Shown here in pieces: positions 20,860-31,331 of a stretch of 64,000 nt of DNA. Positions within the stretch are counted from its first letter, which is position 1. The number at the start of each line of letters is the position of its first letter. This DNA is from a virus. The translations under genes and the position numbers were made by a program. The notes beneath the pieces were generated by a model, which saw only the letters and a program-made list of their open reading frames with translations, made no database searches and was not told where the DNA came from. Location of the stretch: positions 75,991-139,990 of the IMG/VR virus record IMGVR_UViG_3300042465_007929; one strand, written 5' to 3'.

Positions 20860-21474
20860 TTATAAACCGAGGACGATCATTGCATAATTGCCAGCAAGTG
20901 AATCTGTGATTGATGTTGGGCTAGTGCGTGAGCCAGTAGCCATAACAAGTCCGACTTTTGCAGCATCTGTTGCTAAACAACCTGTAAGCTTTCCGCTAAC
21001 TGTTGAAAGCTTAACGCCTCCACCAAGAGTAAGAGCGCCGTTATATGCTGATGCTGTTACTGTGAAAAGTCCACGGGTAGCGACAGGAACAGCTTGTCCC
21101 GGAAGAACGCATTGAAGTTCTTCACGCTTTTGTGGGTAATAAAGAAGTTTTTCTCCATTTTCATCAGCCTTAGCTGTTTGACGAAGAGTAACACCTAAAA
21201 GAGACTCTCCAGAAACCGCAGGTTTCACTTTGAGCGAAACACTTGGGTATTGGTTAGCTCCAACGAATGGATAATCAGTTTTGCCGAGATATGAATCTGT
21301 AGCATAAGTGACTGGATCAAGGTTAAGGTCGCCAGCAGCAACAGAAACGAAAACGCCAGCATCGCCAGCTCCTGAATCTGTTGTTTGCTCGTTTGCATAA
21401 CCAGCTCCGAGAGCGAACATGTTGATCACGTCGGTCTCGTTATATTGTCTGAATGGTAAAATACGAATTGCCAT
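20860..21474 (-). CDS. Capsid decoration/cement protein
   Basis: 204 aa, Gly/Ala/Val-rich, between scaffold and MCP. Confidence 0.55.
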   Translation of the reverse strand: MAIRILPFRQYNETDVINMFALGAGYANEQTTDSGAGDAGVFVSVAAGDLNLDPVTYATDSYLGKTDYPFVGANQYPSVSLKVKPAVSGESLLGVTLRQTAKADENGEKLLYYPQKREELQCVLPGQAVPVATRGLFTVTASAYNGALTLGGGVKLSTVSGKLTGCLATDAAKVGLVMATGSRTSPTSITDSLAGNYAMIVLGL

Positions 21475-21508
21475 AATTTTGTTTAGTTATAAGATTGTTT
21501 GTTAAGAT

Positions 21509-23044
21509 TTATGAGATTGTTACATTTTCACGCTTAAATGCTGATGCAAATTTCTCACGGAGAGAAACTGTTGCGCGTGATGATTGTTCATTCGAGCTTG
21601 AAAGTCCAGCTTCTGAAGATTCAACATTATCAAGAATTTCTTCTGATGAAATTTCAACTTCTTCTTCTTTTTCTTCAGGCTCTGTTGAAGCTAAAGACAC
21701 TTTGCCAACACGCTTTTCAACTTCTGCATTAATGCGAGCTTGAATTTCGGCTTCGAAAGCGGCTTTAGTTTCTTTGTCCTTTGATTTCCAAAGGATAGAA
21801 AGTTTATCTTGGAAAGAAGCAAAAGCTTCTTCAGCTAAATCAAGAGTTTTAAGTTCATTAGCAAGGAATTCCCTATCTTCGTCTTCAAGAGCATATTTTT
21901 GATCGATAAGATCCATACGCTCATTAAAAGCTGCGATAGCTTCTTCTGCTTTTTTAGAAGCTTCAAAAGATTGAATTCTTTCTTGAGCTTCAGCTAACTG
22001 GACTTTCATAGAATCGACAGACTCTTTAAGTTCAGCGCGTTCATTAGCGATAGCTTCCTTTTCTGACTTAGCAGATTCAATATCATTGCGATATTGTTCA
22101 TCCTTTTGCTTAATTGCTTCTGCAAAAGTGCTTGTCATAGAAGCGACCGCCTCTTCAGAAAACTTCTTTTCGACAAGAAGTTCCTTCAATTCCGAGATTA
22201 CATTTTCGAATTCCATGTTAATTTTCTTTTTAGTTGTTACATTAATAATATCACTTTGTGAAACTTTTTTTACAAATCTATCTCTTTTATCTATTATTTT
22301 TACAGAAATAGGTTCTTCATCCTTCATATAAATGCCTTTTACATTGGCGGCAGGATTTGTTGTGAAACCAATCCCTAATGGATATATCATTCCTTTGATT
22401 AATCTATAAATGTTTTTGCCGTCTTTAGTTTTACCAGATCCACCATAAACTTTTAATAAACTTTTAAGTTCATCAACTTTTTTAGGGTCAGTAATAATTT
22501 CAGCATCATTTAAGTTTGTACTGCCAATGGCTAAATCATAATCAGTAAATCCAACTTCCCAGCTCGTGGAGATTTGTTGAAAATATGAATCTTTTGGGTT
22601 GGTAGATCTCTCAATTAAATTTACAAAATCTTTATTAGCGGAACGATAAACTACAGCTCCTAAAGCAATATTAAATGGATCTTTTTTTCCAACTAATTCT
22701 TCGGCAGTTAATATTTGACTTGTATTATAATCGCTAAATCCAGCAGTGGCGATATGGCCAACAATTTTTTCTTTATTATGTTCAATATTAGTTGGTTTAT
22801 GAATAAAGTTTTTAGTAAACGCTAAAGCGGTTTCAGTATCCATTCCATCTCCATTTTTATTAAACATATTGACAACTGCCGCATTAAAAGACACGCCAAT
22901 TAAATCAATATTTTGTTGGTAATCAATTCCTTGAGGAATTAAAGACTCAAGATTATCTAATGAAGCTTTTGAAATAAATGATGATTCATTAATTTCGCAA
23001 GCAATAATAGGGGCTTCAAAAGTTGTTGTATATTTATAATCCAT
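21509..23044 (-). CDS. Prohead protease fused to a scaffold domain
   Basis: N-terminal NKNGDG, P.NIEH...IVGH, S.SWEVGF and GIG.T.NPAA protease motifs; C-terminal acidic coiled coil. Confidence 0.75.
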   Translation of the reverse strand: MDYKYTTTFEAPIIACEINESSFISKASLDNLESLIPQGIDYQQNIDLIGVSFNAAVVNMFNKNGDGMDTETALAFTKNFIHKPTNIEHNKEKIVGHIATAGFSDYNTSQILTAEELVGKKDPFNIALGAVVYRSANKDFVNLIERSTNPKDSYFQQISTSWEVGFTDYDLAIGSTNLNDAEIITDPKKVDELKSLLKVYGGSGKTKDGKNIYRLIKGMIYPLGIGFTTNPAANVKGIYMKDEEPISVKIIDKRDRFVKKVSQSDIINVTTKKKINMEFENVISELKELLVEKKFSEEAVASMTSTFAEAIKQKDEQYRNDIESAKSEKEAIANERAELKESVDSMKVQLAEAQERIQSFEASKKAEEAIAAFNERMDLIDQKYALEDEDREFLANELKTLDLAEEAFASFQDKLSILWKSKDKETKAAFEAEIQARINAEVEKRVGKVSLASTEPEEKEEEVEISSEEILDNVESSEAGLSSSNEQSSRATVSLREKFASAFKRENVTIS

Positions 23045-23052
23045 TTATAAGA

Positions 23053-23586
23053 TTACTTTTTATCAATGGAGCTTTTGTCAACAATATCTTTTTTAGAAAG
23101 CATAGTTGTTTTTTGTCCAGAAGCTTTTGCTTTTTTATCCTTCATAGCGCATGCGCTTTTTTCTTCATCGTCTTCCTCATCGTCTTCCTCATCAAGCATT
23201 TGGGCTTTTGTGGCGCATTTAGCTTTAGCAGCTTCTTCCTTCTTTTCACCGTCTTTAACTGCACTCTTTTCTTCTTTTTTATCTGAACCATTTTTATTCA
23301 TCTTTTTTAACATCATTTTTTGAATAAAAGGAGGAAGTTTTTTTTGCGCTGGAGTAAGTTCTCCCGCTTCTGTATTTTCAAGGATAATTGATTCATATGC
23401 TACGAATTGAGCAGCAGCTTCTTCAACAGTAGAAGCTTCAACTTCAGCAACATATGCCGCAACAAATTCTTGATAAGCCTTACTATCAGAATCGCTTCTT
23501 TTGGAGAGAGAAACTTCAAAATTACCACCAATAGTGGTTACAACTTTTTTAAGTGGGACTTTAACGTCACTTGGGTTAATTATCAT
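23053..23586 (-). CDS. Hypothetical protein with a charged low-complexity C-terminus
   Basis: Likely start MIINPSDV at 23586; lies between portal and protease. Confidence 0.55.
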   Translation of the reverse strand: MIINPSDVKVPLKKVVTTIGGNFEVSLSKRSDSDSKAYQEFVAAYVAEVEASTVEEAAAQFVAYESIILENTEAGELTPAQKKLPPFIQKMMLKKMNKNGSDKKEEKSAVKDGEKKEEAAKAKCATKAQMLDEEDDEEDDEEKSACAMKDKKAKASGQKTTMLSKKDIVDKSSIDKK

Positions 23587-25588
23587 TTGATTGACTATGG
23601 TATAAGATTGCTGATGAGTATACATCTAACTGGTGTTCGTCTGATATATTTAAAATATCATCGATAACTCCTAATTTTTCGATATTATCGAAATTATTTA
23701 CACAAGAAATTAATTCTTCGTTCCAATTTTCTAATTCAGTAGAACATATAACTGCTTCACAAAGTTTATCTAACATTTTTTCTTGATTTTTATTAAATCT
23801 TTTAATGTTTAATACTTCTTTTAAAGCGTCTTTTGCTGATGCTCTTGATTTTTCAATTTGTCCAATAGTTTCTTGGATTCCTTGTCTAGAGAAAGAGGCT
23901 TTAGTGATTGGAATTCCTGTTGTTCCTGCTGGACGACCTGCAACTTTATTAGTTTTATTGATTGCTGGGGCTTGAATACCAGCTTGCGCTCCTTTCGGAA
24001 GTTTTGGTGCTGGAGCAGGGATGACAGGCACTCCACCAACAATAGGATTATAATAACCCTTCTTTCTTTCCTCAATATAAGTCTCTTGAGCTGGTGTTAA
24101 TTCTTCAGCTAATGGGAATTTTCCATTATGGAACATTTCAAGACCTTGTTGTGGAGTTAATACTCCAAGTTCAATCAATCTAGTTGCCGCTCTCATTAAT
24201 TGAGTTTCATCTCTCATATCGATGTCTTTAAATACGGCAGTTGGGTAAGATCTAAAACCTAAATCATTAGCTATTCTCTTAATTTCCTTTTGCAAGAAAT
24301 CATTTAAGAAGGCGTATCTAGATTCTTTAAGTCGATCAGTAAAGATTTGAGCCTTTACTTCTGTTGCGCTATACTTCTCTTCACCAACGACAATATTCTG
24401 AAGACCTTGCTTAATATCTTCATTTAAAATTTTATATTTATCAGGCCCAAGGACTTTATTTAAGTCTGGAATGACAAAATTTGCTTTTGTAGTATAATCT
24501 GAAACTAAAACACGACCAACGCTTTCATTTTTGAAAAGGTTTTGCATTGCATTTAAATTCTGAGGATTAATTCCACCCTTATCAGGCTCAGTTCCCATAG
24601 TTATAAGAAGAACTACATTTTCTACAGTTCTTGTAATAGCTTGATCCATTTTCTTGAGTTCAAGCTTTGCATTTATGTCTTCTAATACAGGATAACCAAA
24701 TGGAATCGCAAATGGTTCGTAATCTTGTTTTTTATAGAATGAATATGATAATTTTTTAGGATCAATTTTAATCTTTAATCCATCTTTATAATAACTTCCA
24801 TCCTTAATGGCCTTTTGTACTTGAGGTTCTAATCCATTAAAAATATCTTTATCTTCTTCGGTAACTGGATTTTGTAATCTAGCCATTTCATACTCTGAAA
24901 GAATTTTCTCAAACGCACCAACAGCAAAAGTTGAAGTTCTTTTAGCTACAACATCAAAAGGGTTTAATAAAATATATCTAACGGGTATTTGATTAATTAT
25001 CTTGCCGTCTGGACCACTAGTGGAAGATAATTTCATAAAATCATTAACGGTGAATTTACCATCCACACGATATAAAAAAACATTACCACTGCGATAGTAT
25101 TCTCTAAAATATTGATCTTTTAAATTCCAAATATTGATTTTTTTAAACCAATCTTCAAAAAATTCTCTACTTTTAGCTGTCCCACCTTCAAGAAATAAAT
25201 CTGTATTAGCGAATTCAGACATAATATCAATTGCATTTCTAAAAACAGCAACATTTGCATAAGCTTTTTGGCAAAGTTCAATAGCATCTCTAACATGAAT
25301 GCCATCAGAAGCGTATTTATAAGGAAGCATTCCCTTACGAATACTACTGAATCTATCAATAGTTTCAGCAACTGCCGCTCTATTAATTCTCGATTTAGTT
25401 TGAAGACCTCCATCTAATCCTCTTGAAGCGATTGATTCTTCTGCATAAGAAGCGTCTGAAACATAAAATGGTGCGCCTAGCAAATCAGGAGAAAAATTAG
25501 CCTGACTTTCATGCATGATAGGTGTTTCTATTTGAGCATTAAACTTGCCCCAATAATCAGATTTTTTATTATAATTCCTCTTTGCCAT
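23576..25588 (-). CDS. Portal protein
   Basis: 670 aa directly after the terminase; AYANVAVFRNAIDIM and YYRSGNVF portal-like motifs. Confidence 0.8.
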   Translation of the reverse strand: MAKRNYNKKSDYWGKFNAQIETPIMHESQANFSPDLLGAPFYVSDASYAEESIASRGLDGGLQTKSRINRAAVAETIDRFSSIRKGMLPYKYASDGIHVRDAIELCQKAYANVAVFRNAIDIMSEFANTDLFLEGGTAKSREFFEDWFKKINIWNLKDQYFREYYRSGNVFLYRVDGKFTVNDFMKLSSTSGPDGKIINQIPVRYILLNPFDVVAKRTSTFAVGAFEKILSEYEMARLQNPVTEEDKDIFNGLEPQVQKAIKDGSYYKDGLKIKIDPKKLSYSFYKKQDYEPFAIPFGYPVLEDINAKLELKKMDQAITRTVENVVLLITMGTEPDKGGINPQNLNAMQNLFKNESVGRVLVSDYTTKANFVIPDLNKVLGPDKYKILNEDIKQGLQNIVVGEEKYSATEVKAQIFTDRLKESRYAFLNDFLQKEIKRIANDLGFRSYPTAVFKDIDMRDETQLMRAATRLIELGVLTPQQGLEMFHNGKFPLAEELTPAQETYIEERKKGYYNPIVGGVPVIPAPAPKLPKGAQAGIQAPAINKTNKVAGRPAGTTGIPITKASFSRQGIQETIGQIEKSRASAKDALKEVLNIKRFNKNQEKMLDKLCEAVICSTELENWNEELISCVNNFDNIEKLGVIDDILNISDEHQLDVYSSAILYHSQSNDN

Positions 25589-25645
25589 AACTTATTATAA
25601 GTTACACTTCAAAGTATTAAAGTTGACTTTTAACTTTGAGCAAAG

Positions 25646-27505
25646 TTAAATGAACATTGGTTCAAATGTTGCCTGAATATTGCTAGCCTTTTGATTTATC
25701 ATGTCAAAATAAATAGGAACCATCCAATTACCAAGAACCAAAGCTGAATAAGAGTCTTTCCTAGCTTTATCTGCGCCTCTTTGTTTTTTTAAGTTATGAG
25801 GAAGATCAAAACTTTGTGTTCCTTGGGCTGTAGTAGTAACTTGCACTAAAGCGCACTCTACTTTTATAAGATCAATCATATCTTTTTGATGCTCTACGAA
25901 ATCAATCATTTTTGCACCGTCAGGCTGGTTATCTTCAAAACTTTTAGCAAATTTCAAATCTTTAATAGGGATAACAGCTTTTCTTTGTTTATGATAATCA
26001 TCATTCATTGCAGATCCCGCAAAAAGAATATTTCTGTGGTCAAATGCAGCTTGAAGCGATTCATTTGCATATCTAATCCATTGAGAACTTGGCTTTCTTA
26101 AATAAACAATCTTTTTAGTTTGTAAATTATATTGATTTCTAGCATCCCTCAATCCCTTATCATATTCTTGAAGATCATCAAAGTTCGCATCAATAGTATC
26201 CAACTTTATCCCCATCTGTTTAAAGATCTCACTTTCATTGCATGAATTCATGAATTGAACGCCACCATTATAGTCTCCAACAATAGATACAATATTAAAA
26301 TTATTCAATAAATAAGCTAAATAAATAATATGACTCTTTAGGTTTGTCCCAGACATGGCGTAACTATGAACGACAATGCCCTTTGGCTTGTCTTTATCCC
26401 TTTTTATGAGTAACATAGCGAAATCGTCGGAACCCTCGCTCTCAGACCAAGATGGGTCAATTGCGAGTATGTATTCATCATCAGGTTCGCCAATAACTTC
26501 GACACTTTGACCTTCTCCATCTGCAATGGTACAAGCCATCATCTTGCTAACTTTAAAATAACCAGAACTATCATCAGTAAATACAGCTCCAAACTCTCGA
26601 TCAAACTGAGATTCACTCATTGTCGCTTTTGCTTGGTTAATTAAGTTTTGGTCATACAATTGATCAGGCGCACAGTCATAACTAAAATGCATAATTGTTC
26701 TATGAGCGCCATCTTGAGTGTTTTCATTAAGAATCAATGATTCATATTGAGAATATATTTTAAATAAATGCTCAAATCTATAAGATGCGGAAGATAAACC
26801 AATAATTTTGTTATTTGGCCATTGTTTTCTTTCTTCTTCTGTCATTTCGCCCATTTCAATTAGTTTTGTTTCTAAATCAAATATTTCTTGTCGTTCTGTA
26901 GGGTTTTCTACGACAGAGAGGAAAGGCATAATAACTTCATTCAAAACTTTTTCAGGCATAAGTAAAAGTTCGTCGATAATCATTCGTTGGAAACGAAAAC
27001 CACGAAGTTTTTCACCATCGCCAAGTGGCAAAGCAGTAATTTTACTTCTACCTATCTCCATTGTCCATTGGTCATTGCTTTTTGACACTCTAGTAATGGC
27101 TTGAGCAAGTAATTCTGCTTTAGGGCTTAGAGCTATCTCTTCAATCTTGTTGAAAATCATTTTTGCCTGACGAAATGATTTACTAATGATACCAATGTGA
27201 ACTCCTTGATGTAAAACAGCATCTAAAATAGCAAACACAGCAGTTGAGAAGGACTTACTCATACCGCGAGACCATATTCCTAAGAAATAATCTGTTTCCA
27301 TCATAGCTTTAATAGACATATGTTGGAATGGGAATAATTTCACGCCAGTTAATAACTCAGAAGCAAAGGATGGGTTCTCTCTAAGGAATTTATAAAACAA
27401 TATCTTAGCTTCATGCTCTTCGATATATCCTTCCGCATCCATTAACTCTTGGTTAATATTTGGAAATGTTTTTCTTCTTTTCTGTATACCCGGTTCCCAA
27501 GACAT
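25646..27505 (-). CDS. terL: Terminase large subunit
   Basis: LFPFQ adenine motif, Walker A-like SRGMSKS, LRGFRF..IIDE Walker B, coupling motif LSSA, RNase H-like LAIDP nuclease domain and C-terminal KDSYSA. Confidence 0.9.
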   Translation of the reverse strand: MSWEPGIQKRRKTFPNINQELMDAEGYIEEHEAKILFYKFLRENPSFASELLTGVKLFPFQHMSIKAMMETDYFLGIWSRGMSKSFSTAVFAILDAVLHQGVHIGIISKSFRQAKMIFNKIEEIALSPKAELLAQAITRVSKSNDQWTMEIGRSKITALPLGDGEKLRGFRFQRMIIDELLLMPEKVLNEVIMPFLSVVENPTERQEIFDLETKLIEMGEMTEEERKQWPNNKIIGLSSASYRFEHLFKIYSQYESLILNENTQDGAHRTIMHFSYDCAPDQLYDQNLINQAKATMSESQFDREFGAVFTDDSSGYFKVSKMMACTIADGEGQSVEVIGEPDDEYILAIDPSWSESEGSDDFAMLLIKRDKDKPKGIVVHSYAMSGTNLKSHIIYLAYLLNNFNIVSIVGDYNGGVQFMNSCNESEIFKQMGIKLDTIDANFDDLQEYDKGLRDARNQYNLQTKKIVYLRKPSSQWIRYANESLQAAFDHRNILFAGSAMNDDYHKQRKAVIPIKDLKFAKSFEDNQPDGAKMIDFVEHQKDMIDLIKVECALVQVTTTAQGTQSFDLPHNLKKQRGADKARKDSYSALVLGNWMVPIYFDMINQKASNIQATFEPMFI

Positions 27506-27506
27506 A

Positions 27507-28424
27507 TTATTTAATTTTCTTTGACCAAAAATATTGTATGTCTGTCTTCCATAAAGACTTACCTAATACCAATAATTTTGGAGTTAATTCCACACTTAGC
27601 TCTCTTGAGCCACTAAAAACGAATTGACAACAATCGCTATAATCTCTTTGTAAACTTCTCATGCTATGAAAAACATAATTAAGGTTAAATTTCTTATAAC
27701 TTTGCTTATTATATTCAGCCATACCGTGAAGAGGCGCTTCTATGACGATAAAAAGATAGCAACCTAAACTTCTGCAACGATCTAGCTCTTTTGAGAAACG
27801 AGCATAGGAATTTGTAACTGTCGCACAGAAATCAGCAAAAGATTTTCTATCAACATGAGTATAATTATATAAATCACCACCAACAGCATAATCGCCTATG
27901 TCTAATTTCATTATTTTAGACTTTTTAAATTTTAATGGTTGCTGTTCCCTAGTGTCTACAAGAATATTGACATTTGAATAATCATTCCAGAATTCTTTTG
28001 GCAATTTTTGACCAAACATAGGTTCAACTAAACAATTTTTGCAAGCATCAGTATAACTGCCAAAATATTTTTTATAAACATCAATTTCTGGCAATCCATT
28101 GGTGATAAGTTCAATAGAACTTAAACCAGACTTTAAATTCTTGGATTTTATTTTCTTATTGAGTATTTCTCCTATATAGTTTTTTACTGCACCAAACGGT
28201 GCTGTATCACACCACTCCATTAATTGGTGCGGTTGAGAAAAATCTCGTTCAAAATAATCATCATAATTTTTAAATGGTAATAATTCACCAGTTAATTTGT
28301 TTTTGCGTTGAAAGTGTTTGACATAATAATCCCCAAGCAGCATATCGTGTTTTTTGATATGTGCATGAAGGCTTTTTAAAGCATCAAAGGATGCTTCGCA
28401 CTCTTTACAGTTAAATAACATCAT
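27507..28424 (-). CDS. ERCC4/XPF-family nuclease with an N-terminal C2H2 zinc finger
   Basis: CKEC...LHAHIKKH; ERCC4 motifs ILVDTREQQP, LDIGDY and VDRKS..DF. Confidence 0.75.
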   Translation of the reverse strand: MMLFNCKECEASFDALKSLHAHIKKHDMLLGDYYVKHFQRKNKLTGELLPFKNYDDYFERDFSQPHQLMEWCDTAPFGAVKNYIGEILNKKIKSKNLKSGLSSIELITNGLPEIDVYKKYFGSYTDACKNCLVEPMFGQKLPKEFWNDYSNVNILVDTREQQPLKFKKSKIMKLDIGDYAVGGDLYNYTHVDRKSFADFCATVTNSYARFSKELDRCRSLGCYLFIVIEAPLHGMAEYNKQSYKKFNLNYVFHSMRSLQRDYSDCCQFVFSGSRELSVELTPKLLVLGKSLWKTDIQYFWSKKIK

Positions 28425-29460
28425 CTTGATTTACGCCTAAAACACGCGCCTTCCATTCCGCCATTCCTTCAAGACGATGAGCTTCTTCTTTGACTAGCGC
28501 CTTCTGCATTTCAGCAATACGCACCATGTTTTTGCGCTCATCTTGTTCTTGAAATAATTGAACTATTGATAAAATTGAAGCATTTTCCTTACTTCTGTTT
28601 TTCATTCTTTCTGCTCGATCACCTTGCAGTTTTTTAGTTAAATTTTCGATTCTAGTTTCGCACTGATGGTATTCACTACTTTTTGACTTAATAATTTCTG
28701 ATAATCTATTAGTCATGTCGCTTTGATCATTAGCTTCATCAAATAATTCATTAAGTTTATTCAAATGCTTACTAACAACTTCTAGATTAATAATTTCTTT
28801 ACAAACATTAAGGTAAAGATTGATTTCATCAGCAGTAAGATCGGGCTTATCCCAAGTTAAACGAATAAATTCCTGCTCGAAGAGTTCTCTATCATCTTTT
28901 GATAGATAATTATTCATAACTCGAACAAAACGTGAGTTAGCAAGATTAATTGCAAGCTTTTCCACTCTGACTCTAAATTGTCTATTGAGCTTATCCTCTT
29001 CTAAATCTGATCCAGTAGCATCATTGATTTTTTTGACGATTCTTGATGGAGATTTTGCTGGAATATAACTATTTAATAACCCAGAATCTTGCGACGGGAC
29101 AATATCAGGATTAATTTCCCTTAAAATATCTAAAACAGCTCGTTGTTCAATACTTAATGGCTTAATTTCCTTGTCTGGAAACAATAATTCTGCAATTCTT
29201 AACGAGGAAAGTCCAGATTGAGCCTGATTTATAATAAATTGCTTTTCTTGCTCAGTAAATTCAACCCCTTCTTTCTTTTCCTTCTTTGTTGTTTCAAAAG
29301 AAATTTCATTTTCGATCAAAAACTTTCTCACAAGTCGCCCTTCTTTAGCGCGACCATCTAATGATTCATTATTAAAGCATTTTTGAGTCAACTCTATTAA
29401 AGAATTAATCTTTGTGCCATTTTCTTTAAGAAATTGTTGTTGTTCTTCAGTCAGTTTCAT
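28411..29460 (-). CDS. Hypothetical protein (possible terminase small subunit or DNA-binding protein)
   Basis: HTH-like FTEQEKQFI...GLSSLRIAELL plus coiled coil; lies upstream of TerL. Confidence 0.4.
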   Translation of the reverse strand: MKLTEEQQQFLKENGTKINSLIELTQKCFNNESLDGRAKEGRLVRKFLIENEISFETTKKEKKEGVEFTEQEKQFIINQAQSGLSSLRIAELLFPDKEIKPLSIEQRAVLDILREINPDIVPSQDSGLLNSYIPAKSPSRIVKKINDATGSDLEEDKLNRQFRVRVEKLAINLANSRFVRVMNNYLSKDDRELFEQEFIRLTWDKPDLTADEINLYLNVCKEIINLEVVSKHLNKLNELFDEANDQSDMTNRLSEIIKSKSSEYHQCETRIENLTKKLQGDRAERMKNRSKENASILSIVQLFQEQDERKNMVRIAEMQKALVKEEAHRLEGMAEWKARVLGVNQDDVI

Positions 29461-30160
29461 TGATTATAATGTCAAAGTTTCTAATTATCTCTTCAGCCTT
29501 CTTTTGAAATATAGATTTTAAGTTTTTTACTTGTCTATATCCTGCTTTTCTTTTTTTCTCATTAGTTTTATATCCCATATATGCAGCTACTTCTTCTTCT
29601 GAAGAATTTTGAAAAAATAACATAAGATATGCTTGATAATGAATTGCACTTAATTGTGTTGCCATATGTTCATTAAGTTTTGAAACAGATAAATCATAAG
29701 AAAAATCATTATCTGGACGTGAACTTATTTCATTAATATGGTTTTCAGTGGAAACAGTAATTTTTAAATCTAATCCTGCTTTTTTTTGACTTGACCATTT
29801 ATCATATAATTTACATTGGTTATCTTGAATACCAGTTCGTGTTGCCGAACAGGTATTATCTCCCATATTAAATTGACACTTTACACAAGGACGAACATAG
29901 TTACCATAATGGTTTCGAACAAGGTTTCGTATTTGATTGGATATAATCCTGCCAATCCAAGGCTCCAAAGGTCTAATCTGATCCCACATATCCCATTTTT
30001 TATGAATATGAATTTTAATGATTTGTTCAACGTCTTCAAAATCAAACCAATTAATAGCGTTTAGTTGCCATTTGTTTTTTTGCTTTTTAATTGCTGCATC
30101 AATTACATCAGAATAATCTTCGAATGTTTGTTTATCGTTTTTTTTCATCAATGAAGTCAT
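29447..30160 (-). CDS. Phage RNA polymerase sigma factor (ECF-like, Cys-rich insert)
   Basis: Region-2-like DFEDVEQII..H..KW...D..RPLEPWI..IISNQIRNL and region-4-like LS..HYQAY..L....SEEEVA..MGY, with a CxxC insert. Confidence 0.7.
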   Translation of the reverse strand: MTSLMKKNDKQTFEDYSDVIDAAIKKQKNKWQLNAINWFDFEDVEQIIKIHIHKKWDMWDQIRPLEPWIGRIISNQIRNLVRNHYGNYVRPCVKCQFNMGDNTCSATRTGIQDNQCKLYDKWSSQKKAGLDLKITVSTENHINEISSRPDNDFSYDLSVSKLNEHMATQLSAIHYQAYLMLFFQNSSEEEVAAYMGYKTNEKKRKAGYRQVKNLKSIFQKKAEEIIRNFDIIINETD

Positions 30161-30470
30161 CTATTGATTTTCTACGACCACCATTATAAGCTTTTGTGCC
30201 GTCGCCAAATAAACTGCCAAAAGTAAAAGAATGGTTTCCGCCATCAGACTCTACATCAACAGCCAATCTTTTAATATCAGGAACAAAATCTACTCCTGTT
30301 TCGTCTTCCTCTAAATCATCATATTCTTCTTGAATATTAACTTTAGATGGCGCAACATTTTTTGCAACAGATATAGAAGATAAGCCTGTACCGCATTTCG
30401 TGCAGAAATTTGGTTTAGCTAAACTATATTGGATCTTGTTGCCACAACTAGAACAAAAAATATGATTCAT
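30132..30470 (-). CDS. Zinc-ribbon protein
   Basis: FCSSCG...NFCTKCG. Confidence 0.7.
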   Translation of the reverse strand: MNHIFCSSCGNKIQYSLAKPNFCTKCGTGLSSISVAKNVAPSKVNIQEEYDDLEEDETGVDFVPDIKRLAVDVESDGGNHSFTFGSLFGDGTKAYNGGRRKSIDDFIDEKKR

Positions 30471-30482
30471 ACCTATACATTA

Positions 30483-30511
30483 AGTATAAATAGTAAACCA
30501 TACTTTTTCAA
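30483..30511 (-). promoter_or_regulatory. Sigma70-type promoter for the zinc-ribbon/sigma-factor operon
   Basis: Minus strand TTGAAA-N17-TATACT, 12 nt before ATG 30470. Confidence 0.6.
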
Positions 30512-30592
30512 TAATAAGACAAAAATATCTTTTAAATTAGCTTTTCGCAGCTTGAGCGTGATATGTTATTGTCAACTATATTTACACACTAC

Positions 30593-31321
30593 TTAACCAT
30601 TTAGTCTTTTAATAATAAATTTAAGTATTTGACTTCTAACAATATCTGATTCATTAAAAGTAAATGCACATATACCATTACTTTCTGAAACTGGATCATT
30701 AAAAATACTAAACATTTGATTAAATCCACCGCGACCATTAATATCACTTTGCATGAAATCGCCGCAGATGATTATCTTGGTATCTTCTCCTATGCGAGTA
30801 ATTAGCGTTGTAAGCTCTTTGAATGTGAAGTTCTGAGCTTCATCAGCAACAATCAATTTATTATTCCAAGAAGCCCCTCTAAGGAAGTTAATTGGTGCGG
30901 CAGCAATTTTTTCCTGACCTTTCAAGAACGCCACATCTCCTGCATGAATGATTTCTTCAAGCTTATCATAAAGTGGCATTAGAAATGGATCAAACTTCTC
31001 AGAAATATCTCCCGGAAGTGAACCCAATCCCTTATCAGCACTTTCTGCAATACTTCTAATATATATTAAATCTTTTTCTTTGTTTTCTTGCATTATCTGC
31101 AATGCACCATAAAGAGAAATATATGTTTTAGAAGTTCCTGCTGGACCCGAAATAAATATAATTTTATTTTCGGGGTTGAGAATTATATCTAATAAAGTTT
31201 TTTGTTTATCAGTGAATTTAAATTTTCTATTTTTGAATTTAATTGGTTGGTCCAGTATATTTTTAATATCTGGTAAATCAAACTCTTTCCTTTTTACCTT
31301 CGCAGCTTTTTTAATTGCCAT
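30593..31321 (-). CDS. phoH: PhoH-family ATPase
   Basis: GPAGTSKT, LGSLPGD..EKF.P, FLRG, ADEAQN, TRIGE..K..ICGD..QSD and DIVRS motifs. Confidence 0.92.
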   Translation of the reverse strand: MAIKKAAKVKRKEFDLPDIKNILDQPIKFKNRKFKFTDKQKTLLDIILNPENKIIFISGPAGTSKTYISLYGALQIMQENKEKDLIYIRSIAESADKGLGSLPGDISEKFDPFLMPLYDKLEEIIHAGDVAFLKGQEKIAAAPINFLRGASWNNKLIVADEAQNFTFKELTTLITRIGEDTKIIICGDFMQSDINGRGGFNQMFSIFNDPVSESNGICAFTFNESDIVRSQILKFIIKRLNG

Positions 31322-31331
31322 GTTCCTTTAA

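Noticed and set aside
9503-26101. Many antisense or alternate-frame ORFs in the track (e.g. 9503-10012, 11246-11548, 23066-23323)
   Set aside because: They are shadows of long, well-supported genes and have no independent signals.
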